This document shows positions 20,301-28,218 of a stretch of 64,000 bases of DNA, piece by piece (the first letter of the stretch is position 1; every line of letters starts with the position of its first letter). Both the position numbers and the translations under genes were made by a program. This DNA is from a virus (taxonomy: Duplodnaviria; Caudoviricetes). The stretch covers positions 451 through 64,450 of IMG/VR virus record IMGVR_UViG_3300020576_001330; one strand, given 5' to 3'. Under the pieces are notes generated by a model. That model was not told the origin of the DNA. It worked only from the letters and a program-made list of their open reading frames with translations, and made no database searches.

Positions 20301-21829
20301 CCTTTTTCTTTTAAATAATTTGTGTAAAGTCTTCCAAATCTGCTAATATTTCTAGTTAATTTACTAGCATCAGTAAATGTCTCAATCCCTCTTTCCAGTC
20401 CTTTTAAAGGCTTGCTAAGTCCCGTAATTAAGTCTCCTAACTTATTTCCAGGCATTATAAGAGCTTCTACTATATCAGGTATAGCTAGAGCCATATTTTC
20501 ATTAAAGAGCTGATCTTTACCAACTCTGGCTTGCATACGAATCCTTCTTAAATCTTCTTCAGAAGGTTCTTGTCCAGGATGATATTTTTGCCAGTTTTCT
20601 AATAAAGTTTGTTGGTTTTGTTTAATAGCATCACCAACTTCTGAGTTTGATTCTATTCTTCTTGAATTAGTAATAAGTCCAAGTGCTGTAGTCAATGCTA
20701 CTCCAGCAGCTACCTTAGATGCTACAGGTTCTGGGGCTAATGCCCCTAAAGCAGCAGCAGCTAAATTTTGAAATACTTTTCCACCAAAAGTTCCAGCAAT
20801 TGACTGTCCCATCAGAGAAGCAGAACTTCCCCATACTTGAGGGTATGAATAAGTCAGTTTATCCCATAAATCAGCTTGAGAGCCTTGACCTTGCACTAAC
20901 CAATTTTTAATTTGATACTTTTTACTTACAGGCTCATTTTTAATTTCAGCTGTATTAGAATCAATATCTTTTTGATATTTTTGTACATTTGCAGAAGCTG
21001 TTTGAGCTAAATTATTTAACTCTTGCAGTTCTTGCATATATGTATTTTGATCAATAGTACCAGATTGTAATTTATAATCTAAATCACTTTTTTTATCTGG
21101 ATATTCATCTAATATTCTTTGGGCATCATCTTGTAAATTAAAGTCTGAGCTTTGCTGAGTTTGATCTATACCTTGTAAAAAACTATTTTTAATATTATCC
21201 CATTTGGTATTTAAAGCTCCTTGCTCTACCCAATCAGTATTTTCATCTGCAATTCCTTTTGTAGGATCTGGTAATACAGATGCATCATATATTCTATCAG
21301 TTTGATCTCCAAATAATTTTTGTTTTTCTTTTATTAAATCTGATACAGCGGAGTTGGAAAATTTTGATAAATTTTCTACATACTGTTTAGTTTGTAAAAA
21401 GTTTTCAGGACTTTGAATTTTAGCCATATTAGCTTTCCAATCTCCTCCCATAGCAATAGCTTTATCAACAGTATCAGGCCCAGCATTGTAAGCAGCTAAA
21501 GCCTTTTCCCAATCTTGATATTTATCAAACTGTTGCTTTAAATATTTAGTACCGCCTTGAATATTTTGATTAGCATCCCAAGGATCTACACCAAGTTCTT
21601 TTGCTGTATCAGGCATCAACTGCATTAATCCAATAGCTCCTGCCTTTGATACAATAGCTGGATTTCCACCAGACTCTTGTTTAATTACAGCTTTAACTAA
21701 ACTATTAGGTACACCATTAGTATAACCAGCTTCATCTCCCAAGGCAACTTGATTTTTTCCAAGTTCTTTAGGAGCTAAACCAAGTTCAGCCTTTTCTCGT
21801 TGTAAATTATTTACTATTTCGTTATTCAT
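8357..21829 (-). CDS. Virion RNA polymerase polyprotein, 4490 aa (crAss-like, phi14:2 gp66-type)
   Basis: Catalytic GMDFDVDAL at 11852-11866; N-terminal SLT lytic transglycosylase (QESGGNP, GLMQLMP, ALAAYNAGP); zincin HEAFH at 15695-15709 with downstream EEALAD; C-terminal NADAR-like and macrodomain-like modules. Confidence 0.92.
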   Translation of the reverse strand: MNNEIVNNLQREKAELGLAPKELGKNQVALGDEAGYTNGVPNSLVKAVIKQESGGNPAIVSKAGAIGLMQLMPDTAKELGVDPWDANQNIQGGTKYLKQQFDKYQDWEKALAAYNAGPDTVDKAIAMGGDWKANMAKIQSPENFLQTKQYVENLSKFSNSAVSDLIKEKQKLFGDQTDRIYDASVLPDPTKGIADENTDWVEQGALNTKWDNIKNSFLQGIDQTQQSSDFNLQDDAQRILDEYPDKKSDLDYKLQSGTIDQNTYMQELQELNNLAQTASANVQKYQKDIDSNTAEIKNEPVSKKYQIKNWLVQGQGSQADLWDKLTYSYPQVWGSSASLMGQSIAGTFGGKVFQNLAAAALGALAPEPVASKVAAGVALTTALGLITNSRRIESNSEVGDAIKQNQQTLLENWQKYHPGQEPSEEDLRRIRMQARVGKDQLFNENMALAIPDIVEALIMPGNKLGDLITGLSKPLKGLERGIETFTDASKLTRNISRFGRLYTNYLKEKGEEGFQYAASQRQQDHALNLGLYENQGLISSILTDAYDTMSSINYSPIGIVRNEDGRYSHDPNFQFSEESGGMLSLLGGGAVSIPIGIYKDLRAYSKYTKELTGTPFDHADDKLLRLKTEVLQKAFDTDTVHHLIEGLKSVSQQKDINGNPLLSEEDLQKEISNIKTAYHKYAAVNDYIDTLGGFFDSKESKIAKRIAKQDLFNTIIGLTKANTEEKDLQDQKTKLRLNSKDQDTFNYRDLEHQIKFKEMSIAFLENEIKNSPEKALIYDYKKQIEILKEQLKPLKETFKTLEEPKNIIEEAPIELFKINQDLIPVQARKQLHQDNYNKLLKLKNLDDYKKHSEEKLKESEAKQKALDELNNKIKAESTKDEVKQEAAVNKEKLDAEGEDDYEKIMGELITRESNTQAIKAVADTVKAKIEEHKNQINQNAKSVEILQAQLDSNLDSLNSKIDRALKSINYYQTKLQENGNNSKDIRNLKNAREKYKNLISQAKELQDQITDLKETIKTLTVIKQDLENRLQYYNSLLNDPSLKTLTLSELKDKKAKIEKKLSSIEKIISNIKQLLEKSIAYLKEITKVILERFNLLERFKKENKFKPDTDKLRELLNYDKSGIINKPGKERLVNYATLQKQHDLLEEEILNALEHGEISEQALEAQQERLLELQEVRSKYDRQLRYLTDLIKILIDGNKLTEIPKVEKKQPAAQILQQQPTTQFTGKTIQKVDRFGILADPAEVEVVSQTRLPDGSIDYITKTGEVLNTKDGWNETNKINPSNRTIEGLFGVNHFNAIHRYNLKREQEQLEDMMTSERGKAEGATKESLLQKHGPKAFPAHFADELLSKILGTVPMSEYKKYIKLKATKVKPTKFGNVVPLGKQVRLRGKRKEGVHIILEITDPQDSKNVYALSHGYNPDFYEYLDEHNNWKPVVFTDMHIDLFKQLFKFNNQEITPETYKEFQDNWKRAKEFNDAAVIYVEQHGDKSALPDNTYNLTPKAEFDWIGNGTPISATKFPEFQNRAVIYKLAGKEYYVNGITPETAPDGLESGSYYVEAKFPNGKILWVRLFPDTVDLKSAEAQESIDALNTVVTDAHNLPTNVDLETLRPQLNEMLRKLDFFVKSSNSKFNITFRVAKASNEENYSLKVVLVLDEGRGRDNPRQEVKVRNTFTNFADFKKFLSGLHLTVGDTKVYVGDVTLRKNLPLDTDEKKVTNPLKQLASSTKQGIVKKWGAEFTFYPENFEFKDQPVVVTPVNTIEAKKADIEIGKVGNTEYEVKVDGVYYQGKKLNNPENKTHRQLIEADIERRRQEELDSIDILPANGEDLHYDQIVSNNGSWDTQHIVDASKKSFTRATGIGTSEVVKTYPSNDDYIKEHIIPEIKAKYDAELAALNPQTEAQIKEVNDFFGVSDVVEPEGIDEILANAAPNVPAQPVTFTPEQEEMYKRLLAAGISEEDARRTALETGTGTTTSDKVINLVDVSNPFTVQQAREFVQDKFGDAFTVQDINTLVSNAIINGTRVGTVLGKALYIANGVSRTYTYHEAFHALFNNLLSPRKQFLYRNKIKSELNYTPSQLAKAIEDLRSTSSQYDKLSDKEMETRVYEEALADKYADWQNKQKEVKSVWRILFEKIRNFINTILGNQSIIHLFNRIDSGAFKNSSFKDTRTGEYYKIIKNTSPSESNHIIYTIAAGVLNSQFNKSETGSRILNAFNAYAAAYDLTLPHNIEFIKSRVNVSEDLLAMKKFHNKLVQNKDLILSEVTKFLKQQGYQENVQDFDSFTDDDSELNFDAMSSEYDPSIRVGAQIKKLLATTLYKDFDMFGREVQTALPWREVYNRMLPTLSIASTSPSDIMSTMKAMSAYNKQIHAFYNRIVQLSGYDQDTDGVGVNGKNILTQLKKAFELNKILYMQARDNGDKYELFIENKRDLNETTYGKWKDSYLKIYNKIVGDVKLKDKSLLSLLQNDFVMLEKFLKGQTEFTESDKKWLYFNESLENKVFKVFNNIGINLEKEYLKFSFSNNPEDIQNRDILKDRNIKIIGVKDLEFIRQNLDKNVFERQEGLLTDIANANANFDPYAFQKTYTDAEGKKRYSYGLDSLLGVQTRKFKEIFKDVESTKKFIEANKAYWELNPLLSKDPALIVNIMNNFETGLAYDLKLDDRGVTARRINTYDALIYMHALFQNQSSQKYNGIQSAPVVLNQYADKSQQMWGVLPVFKYYDSVTKSFTEQGKTDLWNLFKQEYNRINGVYGNDFLANNNKEKKPVWIHFAMFNNTADTEAMSVLAGAKVDLESVKDRVLDLIKIAVDNEVKDHLQLLTENKLETKINKDIIKLYGDLNGYLYNFTLNNTLTTIGINQLISGDYANAKNFDDYIKRVSMVNAAGFSYARDNNPTDMHQVVFVKGSVAYINRDTKEKSYDPQYKDVEGWDEIKTDDAQVYSGLDSYVDDLARQGRLNDKIIDVVNKLQGNVIENGFPVWPTLDEIKEAGVDLIPSKQVVAGFDADGRPVFNKMAVCYITPQLCAKYVNGKFVPLEGKEELFKKWELLKHTKDRKITHIVPQTAAKLFFPDNALNLKDSIHKNEITVSKDQIHNIPNIYRRLQQENDSKEAGKITASNQIENILGSEIKDPATRELLDEHNRINSQMRTQVFNFVQSVLIQNGERGDMEVLLRKFRSIVEESTPDNQMLEMLEAEGKKMKYDSNLAHLHTKFVDLFLSTYKEVFRQKVPGVKFTAMSSEGYNIKDPKTGQYRPLQGMLHKEGTTIPAEVVVSRKWADERGFKKGDQIILFRVPSQSYHSIATAKIVELLPDAYGDTIIAPSDFVWLMGMDFDVDALYAYKKAYFKDSTGKVIEYGKESTPEEKFDGYIKDLKANNTYVKAEYNELLQNDPEYRKLNISFGDDIINEEDELYFKKILVHPTYLEDELKRIRSRVLMQVLNKFNLPNTPEKLIQSGLDAKQALTNKLFDLKWKILNSPELKQAFSEPLAEKSDESIKLGKENDVEHTRINGSPLSILNARQAAVQSKGLVGTTVNGSSFVQFVTQLGLNVSEDYQLYFNGNTYDSFASTEDTRSKFDKISMTLGSIIDGMKKPFAKFLNYDFNTVNKVMLMFGLNIPEKTIDRYFIQPSIKTITKELGKTQRLTNPALPYTKGEEKEGIIVDAELSRIVKALGEKNLPKDFNITDAEMEAALKAEQQKLYTPEYYTTQYKALKLYERLMTLDKTRAHVNRILSTNRSLGTDIEDFHKILEAEKALRPKTSEPEPIPGMLSKIVQNPVLNQNITYVKDALDALTHYDISETKLAKKIFDAFVFSFGKNLSSDDRTEIKRIIIASLQLSTLRTRENTQKFSSLLLKGNNSLSSKLLNYLQENPNNYLLRVLRFEDDAKSGYSKVTMDSRTKFTETTQDNLLNSGGRIAEKNPELYQDMFNYLVFKDSLMFKNGSFVKYMLPEMFLGLAKASQEVNRLLTEDKVNEEAFKQLVGMNTREFIDMTIENYIRHSINKNKLKSRTADYYQGTSLDRTTITFTKSTKNAQDEINSPFIDENGDLKMPKWIKLEGVLLKKVKWDKNSAKYEIKTPYGSSERQPYALTPAQNEAFDKAHKDIVAKQEALKEQENIPPTIWDADMAEAQREFEKAEVKPQAKASSIQGINISTRSTDPLGKRLTNPNWQAKDLMDVESLYKANASKIKAPHLNTEEALKYDMNLMYKLQVQKLRKNPELINEINERGGLQFLLASEHTVGVKNSRWEGKGINSNFIKVLVESYTTVAKELGKFKDDIQAKASPTIREYTPENITSLKPNEVFVFGANTAGGHGGGTAGLAQRGTTSSNYTALPVGTKGKWSEYGIVDKLMQGTEGKSFGIVTKAASISGTKLSIGSKRSVSLDRIEQSINALIQEANNHPELKFLVTKFGTNMAGFSEQEMKSLLENKNLPNNIILPKEFEVRDKQASPIVELSEDFVPEIPSMTLKDGKSYSYDQINSKLLEGMGYSVEEIGKILKRIC

Positions 21830-24059
21830 AATATGCAGGTGCTAATGTTCCACTTCCTCCTGGTTTTTTACCAAGTTCAATTGGTTGTTCTTTTTTTTCT
21901 ATTAAAGCTGCTCTCATATTAGCTAATATTTTAGCTAAATATTTATAAGCTTTTCTTTCTGTGGCTAAATCTGGTGCTGAGGATACCATTTTTATTGTTT
22001 CTTGATACTCTTTTTGTAAAAAGTCTGCGGTAGATTTATCATACTTTGATAGTATAGTTAAATTTAAATCCACATGATCATTTAATTTTTGTAAATCTTT
22101 TTCTACAACTGGTTTTAAAGATTGATAAGCTAGATTTTTTTCAGTTTCTTCTTGTACAATACGAGAAGCTTCTTGTTGTTGAGCTGTAGCTTGTTTTCTA
22201 ACATGTTCTGGAGCAGCACTATTTCCAAAATAAGCTTGAGTACTTCCTTCTACATCTAATTTTACTGGAGTATTAATAGAGATTTCATACTTTGCTGGTT
22301 TTTTATCTGAGGCTGGTTCAGTTAAAACTACTAATCCAGCATCCATAGCTTGTTGAATTCTTTTATTCCCCTTATCAGTATCATTAGGTGATAGCATGCT
22401 GATTAATTGCTGATGGGTAACTTCAGCTGTACCACTTAATATAGGTTCTCCTGTGTTTCCTGCATATAAAGTACCACTACTTAAAGGACGGAAGTTTACA
22501 GTTCCTTTTAAAGACTGTACACCAATACTTAAATCAGCCATTAATTGTGACTTTGGATCTGAAGCTATAGTTTCAACTTGCTTATAAAATTCAGGTTTTG
22601 TAATATCAATACCTTTTTCTTTAGCTATTTTTAAAAGGTCTTTATATTCAGAAGTTCCTTCAAAAGCATAATTTTCCAAATCTTTAGAACTTATTGTCTT
22701 TATAGTTTTTAGGTGGGCATTTGCTCCTGAGCCCTCTCTTTTATTTATGGTTAAAGACAATGGAGCATTTGGCCCCTCATCACTTGTTTCATAATCATAT
22801 GAAATTACATATCCTGGGTATTCTTTTTTTGCTCTTTCAGAAGCAGCATTAGATACATTTTTCCAAGATTTTAAAGTTTTATCTTTTAAAGCTTTATAAG
22901 CACCCCCAATATTAATCATATCAGAATTTTGCCTAGTTTCTTCTGGCGATTTAGTAGGATCTGTTACACTAAAGAAAGCTTTTTTACCAGTAAGATTTAA
23001 ATTAAATGTTCCTTTTTCTTTATTAGGTTGTGATCCTCCAACCATATAAGCAAGTGCATCTATATCTTTTACATCTGCTTCTCCTGTATTATTTAATTGT
23101 TGTAAAGCGTCTGTGGCAGGATTAGGGTATAATTCATCCTTTTTAATTCCATTAGTATTAGATGTAGAATCAGTTTGATCTGCTATTCCAGTTATCTCAT
23201 CTTTATAAATTGGAGAGGTTTCTTCTCTGTCTTGTTGGTATCCTAAATAATTAGCTGTTGCAATTTCTGCCATTCTAGCTGATGGATTAGTACTTTGCCA
23301 TGTTTGGTCATATCCAGCTACTTTAGCTTCTTGATTAAATCTTGCCTGATCGTAATTAAAAGTTTGTAATCCTTGAAAACTTGGATCTTTTTCAGCTAAA
23401 TTTTTAAACATTCCATATACTTTATCTGGAGTAATCGTTTTAATAATTTCTCCAGTATAAGCATTTTTAACATGTGTTAATCCTTTAGAATCTACATAAG
23501 AACTTACTGGAATTCCTTGATCTGCATACTCTTTTGTAATAGTAGCTTTAATACGATCAAAATAAGGTTTAAATTCTTCAGTTTTTCCTGGAGCAACACT
23601 TTGATACCAACTTGGATCAAAATTGCCTTGTCTTTGTGTCCAACCAGAATTTGGATTATAAAAATCCTGAACATGATTTTCAAATCCTGGGCCTAATCTA
23701 AGTGTAGCAGCATATTCTTTAGCTGCTTCATCTTGTTTTATAGTTTGATATTCAGGATCAGATTTAATCTGATTCGCAATTTGTTTAATTTTGTAAGCTC
23801 CTCCAGACAAATTGCCAGATTTTTGCATTTCTTCATATAAAGAATTTACCTGATTTTGTATTTTATCCCTATAAGCTTTTGCTCTTTCTTGTGTTGCGTA
23901 ACCTCCTTGAATAGTAGAAGCTATCCCACTTAAGTTAGAAAGCTCAGTCTCCTGAATATCAGCTCTTTTTTGAACTGCATCAGCTGCCCTAAGCATAAAT
24001 TCTTTATCATAAGGTTGAATATCTAGTTGGGCAGGTTTGCCCCAAATTCCTATTGCCAT
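21822..24059 (-). CDS. Virion cargo/ejection protein, 745 aa
   Basis: Position directly upstream of the vRNAP; helical N-terminus; no catalytic motif recognised. Confidence 0.6.
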   Translation of the reverse strand: MAIGIWGKPAQLDIQPYDKEFMLRAADAVQKRADIQETELSNLSGIASTIQGGYATQERAKAYRDKIQNQVNSLYEEMQKSGNLSGGAYKIKQIANQIKSDPEYQTIKQDEAAKEYAATLRLGPGFENHVQDFYNPNSGWTQRQGNFDPSWYQSVAPGKTEEFKPYFDRIKATITKEYADQGIPVSSYVDSKGLTHVKNAYTGEIIKTITPDKVYGMFKNLAEKDPSFQGLQTFNYDQARFNQEAKVAGYDQTWQSTNPSARMAEIATANYLGYQQDREETSPIYKDEITGIADQTDSTSNTNGIKKDELYPNPATDALQQLNNTGEADVKDIDALAYMVGGSQPNKEKGTFNLNLTGKKAFFSVTDPTKSPEETRQNSDMINIGGAYKALKDKTLKSWKNVSNAASERAKKEYPGYVISYDYETSDEGPNAPLSLTINKREGSGANAHLKTIKTISSKDLENYAFEGTSEYKDLLKIAKEKGIDITKPEFYKQVETIASDPKSQLMADLSIGVQSLKGTVNFRPLSSGTLYAGNTGEPILSGTAEVTHQQLISMLSPNDTDKGNKRIQQAMDAGLVVLTEPASDKKPAKYEISINTPVKLDVEGSTQAYFGNSAAPEHVRKQATAQQQEASRIVQEETEKNLAYQSLKPVVEKDLQKLNDHVDLNLTILSKYDKSTADFLQKEYQETIKMVSSAPDLATERKAYKYLAKILANMRAALIEKKEQPIELGKKPGGSGTLAPAYYE

Positions 24060-24064
24060 AGTTG

Positions 24065-24096
24065 CAAATTTAAATAATTATTTTGATATAAACAAA
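24065..24096 (-). promoter_or_regulatory. Bacteroidota sigma-A promoter
   Basis: TTTG-N20-TAAATTTG(CA), 5 nt upstream of ATG 24059. Confidence 0.8.
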
Positions 24097-24108
24097 TTTT
24101 TAGTAATT

Positions 24109-27100
24109 TTATCTTCCTCTTTTTGAACGCATTATACGAGCATATTCTGGATAAGCCATTTCTAAAAATTCCTGATCTCTATTATAGTTCTGTTTGTTCT
24201 GTGAATACTTAGAAAGATCTCCAGCAGCTTGCATAAGATAATTTCTACGAGCATCTTTAGCTTGGAAATTAAACATATCAGATTGCCAGTCAATACCTCT
24301 ATTACCAGTTTCAATTTGAGAATTAAGTCCCTTAAATTGATTCTTAATGCCTGTATTAGCCTGATCTACATTGAATGAGTAATCACCCATTGCTTTAGCT
24401 CCTTGTGCAGCTATACTAGCTTGTCCAGCTCTTGAATACATTCCAGAGTTTCTTAATCCATATTGTGATCCAGCAATACCTCTACGAATAGGTTCAAAAT
24501 CCTTCTGCATTAAATCTGGAGTCATGTATTTAGTATAATATTTAGAAGCTTTAACTTTATCAGCTTTACTTAATCCTGCAACTGTATTAGCAATTACTGG
24601 AGCTAAATCCATCGCTGTATTAGCCCAGTTACCAGTTCTATTAGTTGGTGGAGGAGTACTGTTTCTATCAGATTCCCATCTTCCATAAGTAGTTCCAGTA
24701 TTATTCAAGTTTACATTAGGAGGAGTAGCAGCCATTGATCCATATCCTGGCAACCCATCATAACCTCTATATCCGCTATAAGCATCATTATTTGCAAACA
24801 TCTTTTGCCCGTAATTAGCCATTGGAGCTCCTGAATAAGCAACACTAGAACTAGGATCTAAACCAGCTCTTTGTGCATTATAAGCATTACCAGACATATA
24901 ATCAGCAGCAAATACACTGGGATCTGCTCCATAATCTGATAATTTTTTACTTCCAGTTCCATCACCTAAAATCCACTTACTTCCTCTTGAAGTAATAGCT
25001 CCACCACGCCTCATTTGATCCATTTCAGCATCAAGTGTTTCTAAATCACCACCATATTTCTTTATAGCTCTGCGAATAGCATTTCTTAATTTAGAATCTC
25101 TTTCATTGTTACGAGCAGTTAAATACTCTTCATTTTGCTGAATAGCATGATTTTTTAATTTATCTGTAGCTAGTTTCATTTGATCTCCATTGTTTCTTGT
25201 TGACAATGCCTTTGTATTTTTATCTAATCTTCTTGATATACTCATTTGAGTTTTATCTAATTCTGAACCTGGTTCATCTGTAATAACATATTCACCATCC
25301 AGTACTTTTTCATTTCCTTGAATTTCAGCATTCGGTGCATAATCCATACCACCTTGCTCATGTGAAGCCCCATAAGCATGCTCAATTCCATAACCTTCAT
25401 CATGCATTACCCCACCTTGGATTCTGCGAATATTACCACCTTGATCATATCTGCTTGTTACAACTCTTCCTTGCGGATCAATGTTTAATAATCCTCCATT
25501 AGCCATAAAGCCTGAATCTTGAAATCCTTCTGTATTTGTTAGTAAATCATTGTGGGCTTGGGTTCTTTTATCTTTTTTTGCTTTCATAAGACCATAAGTA
25601 AATGGAACTGCAAGAGAAAGAAGCTTTTCACCAGTATTAAATCTCTTATCATTTAATGCTCCTAATGCTCTTGATGGGTCTAATACTCCAGATGTAAAAG
25701 CTTGTCCTATAGCAGAGTTCCCTGCAATTTTAGTACCTATTTGTGATACTGCTGATATAGCAGCACCCCAAGGCCCAAATGAACCTATACCTTGTTGTAC
25801 AGCACTTGGTTTAGTAGGGTCTTCTATTTGTTGTACTCCTTGAGCTTGTCCCAAAGAACTAATAGTCCCCCCATATGGATGTTTAACAGGTAACAAGTTT
25901 GTATCTCTATTAGGATCACCTTGTTCTTTTAACCATCTTTTATGAGCATCAATCTTAGCTGAATCCAACTTTCCAGTCTTATCATAATCCTTCATTTGTT
26001 CTTCTTGATAATATGGACGTGCATCCATATATTTTGTTTGAACAAGTTTCTTAGTTGGAAGCGTACTTGGTACTCTTACTGTATCTTTAGGCATTTCTTG
26101 TGGTGTTTGTACTTGTTCAGACACTATCTTTTTTTGTTTTTTTACTTGGTTATTGATAGCCTGTGTGGTGTGTAATTCTTTTACAAGTGTTTGAGCTGGT
26201 ACTTGATCTTTTTGTAGTATTACTTGTTGTTTAGGAAATTCAAATTTTGGAATAACATCATATATACCATAGTCTGGATTTTCAAAATATTTTTTACCAG
26301 TCTCGTAGTTTAAAAATCCCTTTACTGATGGGTATACACAATAAGAATTAGGTCTAGAAAGAGTTTTTAAGTACTCTCTATATTTTTCAGGAATTGTCCA
26401 ATCTTTTACTAGATCTTCTTTAGTTTTTTTGTCTATACGTTGACTGTTTACATACCTATCATCTCCAATAACATTATATCCAGTTGGTGCGTTTTGTGCG
26501 TATTGTCTGTCACCAATAAACATAGCATCCCCATAACCTTCTCCCTTTATAGCAGCTTTTCCTGCTATATATGCAGCACCCATCTTAGAAGCTTTTCCTT
26601 TTTTTAAGTCTTCTTTTATTTCTTTAGCCGGAATAAAGTATTGAGAATATTCTGGTTTATATGAAAATCTTCCTCTTGTAGCTTGTAGCCCAGATAAAGT
26701 TGCTTTTTCTAAAGGATTAAGTCTATTTTCAAGCAGACTATCCATAGTATTAATTTCTGCTCGTAAATTTTTTTTAGACTTTTCAGTTTCTCTGTAAGAA
26801 AATAAAGCAGCACGTGAACTATCCCTGTATGCTTCTATTCTAGGATCGTTTGGGTCTTTAGTTATATAAGGAGCAATAGTTCCTCCTGTTGGAAAACTCA
26901 TTCCATTTCTTTGCAAAAATGGCCCACTTGTTACATGAGCATCATTAGCTTGATGAAATGCTTCCATGTTTGATGGTGTGTAATTTCTTTTCTTTATTTT
27001 ACCACCATGTTTATGAGTATCTTTTTGTAATACATAAGCACTTCCAGCAATTGGAGCTGTTTGCCACATGTTATTCATAAGATCTTTCATAGCTTTTGGA

Positions 27101-28218
27101 TCTTTTATATATTTCCCCATTCCAAAAAATCCGTTGGATATTAAACGGTCTGTCATTCTTTGCGTAAATTCATTTTCAGGATTATGATTAAAATAAAAAC
27201 GGCCTTGATTAATTCTTGCTCTTATTTCTGTAGGATCTGTATAATATTTAAAATCTTTTATATCTTTATTTGACATGTTTTTAAAAAGTTCTTCTTTTGA
27301 ACTTTCTGTTACTCCAAAAGGCTTTAATAAATCTTCTCTTTCTGCTGGCCCTAAATACATCCCATTTCCATCAGATAAGTGTGAAAGTTCGTGAGCTATA
27401 GTATGTTCTCTATTAAGAGGATTTAATACATTATTTAAAGATACTCTTTTAGAATAAATTTTATCGGGGTATCCTAATGACAATCCTTCGGAGTTATCAT
27501 AATATTTTAAAAATTTTTGAAAATCATCTACAAGTAAGTTTCTATAACTTTTATCTTTAAATTGGTTTAGCGTATTAGGTATATATCTTCTTTCTGGTTT
27601 ATATGCGTTATAATTAAAATCTGATTTAGAGAACGGTTTATTTTTTAAACTTTTATCAAAATGTATATCAAGATTCTTTCTTTCATATTCATCTAATCTT
27701 CTTAAAATTTCTGGAGACTCATGCCAATCTTTTATAAATTTTTCTCCGCTCATCCCTGTATTTACATTTTTACCTTTTACATAAGTTTTAAGATTATTTA
27801 AAGATTTCTTGCTAAAAATTTTTTTGCCTATTTCTAATGCTTTGATAATTTTATTTGGCGAATCTACATTTTCAGTTCCGCTAGTAATTATTTTAGTTGC
27901 AATTGTTTTAGCTTCTTGTTTAGCAGCTATTTCAGCAGCTATTTCTTCAGCTTTACCAGCAGCTTTTAAAGCTCTATATCCTTTTACACCAGCTTGAATT
28001 CCTTTTGCAACTGGAGGTAAAGGTAACATAGCCATGATAATATCATCAGTTATTTCATTGCTAGTTTTTCCAGAAGAAGCATTTTGACCAGGAGTGTAAC
28101 TTCTTTGAGGTTGAAAAATATGATAATCTCTCTGAACTGGATTCAAAAAAGATTTAGGATGTGGATAAGCAGATAAGTTTCCACCTTCTGGATATTTTTT
28201 TCTAATTCTTACTTTCAT
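24109..28218 (-). CDS. Virion cargo protein, 1369 aa, with repeated xxxGG motifs and a zincin-like domain
   Basis: YPEGG, HKHGG, FPTGG, HPYGG, MANGG, YDQGG, SHEQGG, MRRGG; HELSH at 27379-27393 followed by PTEIRAR; position matches the crAss-like cargo block. Confidence 0.7.
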   Translation of the reverse strand: MKVRIRKKYPEGGNLSAYPHPKSFLNPVQRDYHIFQPQRSYTPGQNASSGKTSNEITDDIIMAMLPLPPVAKGIQAGVKGYRALKAAGKAEEIAAEIAAKQEAKTIATKIITSGTENVDSPNKIIKALEIGKKIFSKKSLNNLKTYVKGKNVNTGMSGEKFIKDWHESPEILRRLDEYERKNLDIHFDKSLKNKPFSKSDFNYNAYKPERRYIPNTLNQFKDKSYRNLLVDDFQKFLKYYDNSEGLSLGYPDKIYSKRVSLNNVLNPLNREHTIAHELSHLSDGNGMYLGPAEREDLLKPFGVTESSKEELFKNMSNKDIKDFKYYTDPTEIRARINQGRFYFNHNPENEFTQRMTDRLISNGFFGMGKYIKDPKAMKDLMNNMWQTAPIAGSAYVLQKDTHKHGGKIKKRNYTPSNMEAFHQANDAHVTSGPFLQRNGMSFPTGGTIAPYITKDPNDPRIEAYRDSSRAALFSYRETEKSKKNLRAEINTMDSLLENRLNPLEKATLSGLQATRGRFSYKPEYSQYFIPAKEIKEDLKKGKASKMGAAYIAGKAAIKGEGYGDAMFIGDRQYAQNAPTGYNVIGDDRYVNSQRIDKKTKEDLVKDWTIPEKYREYLKTLSRPNSYCVYPSVKGFLNYETGKKYFENPDYGIYDVIPKFEFPKQQVILQKDQVPAQTLVKELHTTQAINNQVKKQKKIVSEQVQTPQEMPKDTVRVPSTLPTKKLVQTKYMDARPYYQEEQMKDYDKTGKLDSAKIDAHKRWLKEQGDPNRDTNLLPVKHPYGGTISSLGQAQGVQQIEDPTKPSAVQQGIGSFGPWGAAISAVSQIGTKIAGNSAIGQAFTSGVLDPSRALGALNDKRFNTGEKLLSLAVPFTYGLMKAKKDKRTQAHNDLLTNTEGFQDSGFMANGGLLNIDPQGRVVTSRYDQGGNIRRIQGGVMHDEGYGIEHAYGASHEQGGMDYAPNAEIQGNEKVLDGEYVITDEPGSELDKTQMSISRRLDKNTKALSTRNNGDQMKLATDKLKNHAIQQNEEYLTARNNERDSKLRNAIRRAIKKYGGDLETLDAEMDQMRRGGAITSRGSKWILGDGTGSKKLSDYGADPSVFAADYMSGNAYNAQRAGLDPSSSVAYSGAPMANYGQKMFANNDAYSGYRGYDGLPGYGSMAATPPNVNLNNTGTTYGRWESDRNSTPPPTNRTGNWANTAMDLAPVIANTVAGLSKADKVKASKYYTKYMTPDLMQKDFEPIRRGIAGSQYGLRNSGMYSRAGQASIAAQGAKAMGDYSFNVDQANTGIKNQFKGLNSQIETGNRGIDWQSDMFNFQAKDARRNYLMQAAGDLSKYSQNKQNYNRDQEFLEMAYPEYARIMRSKRGR

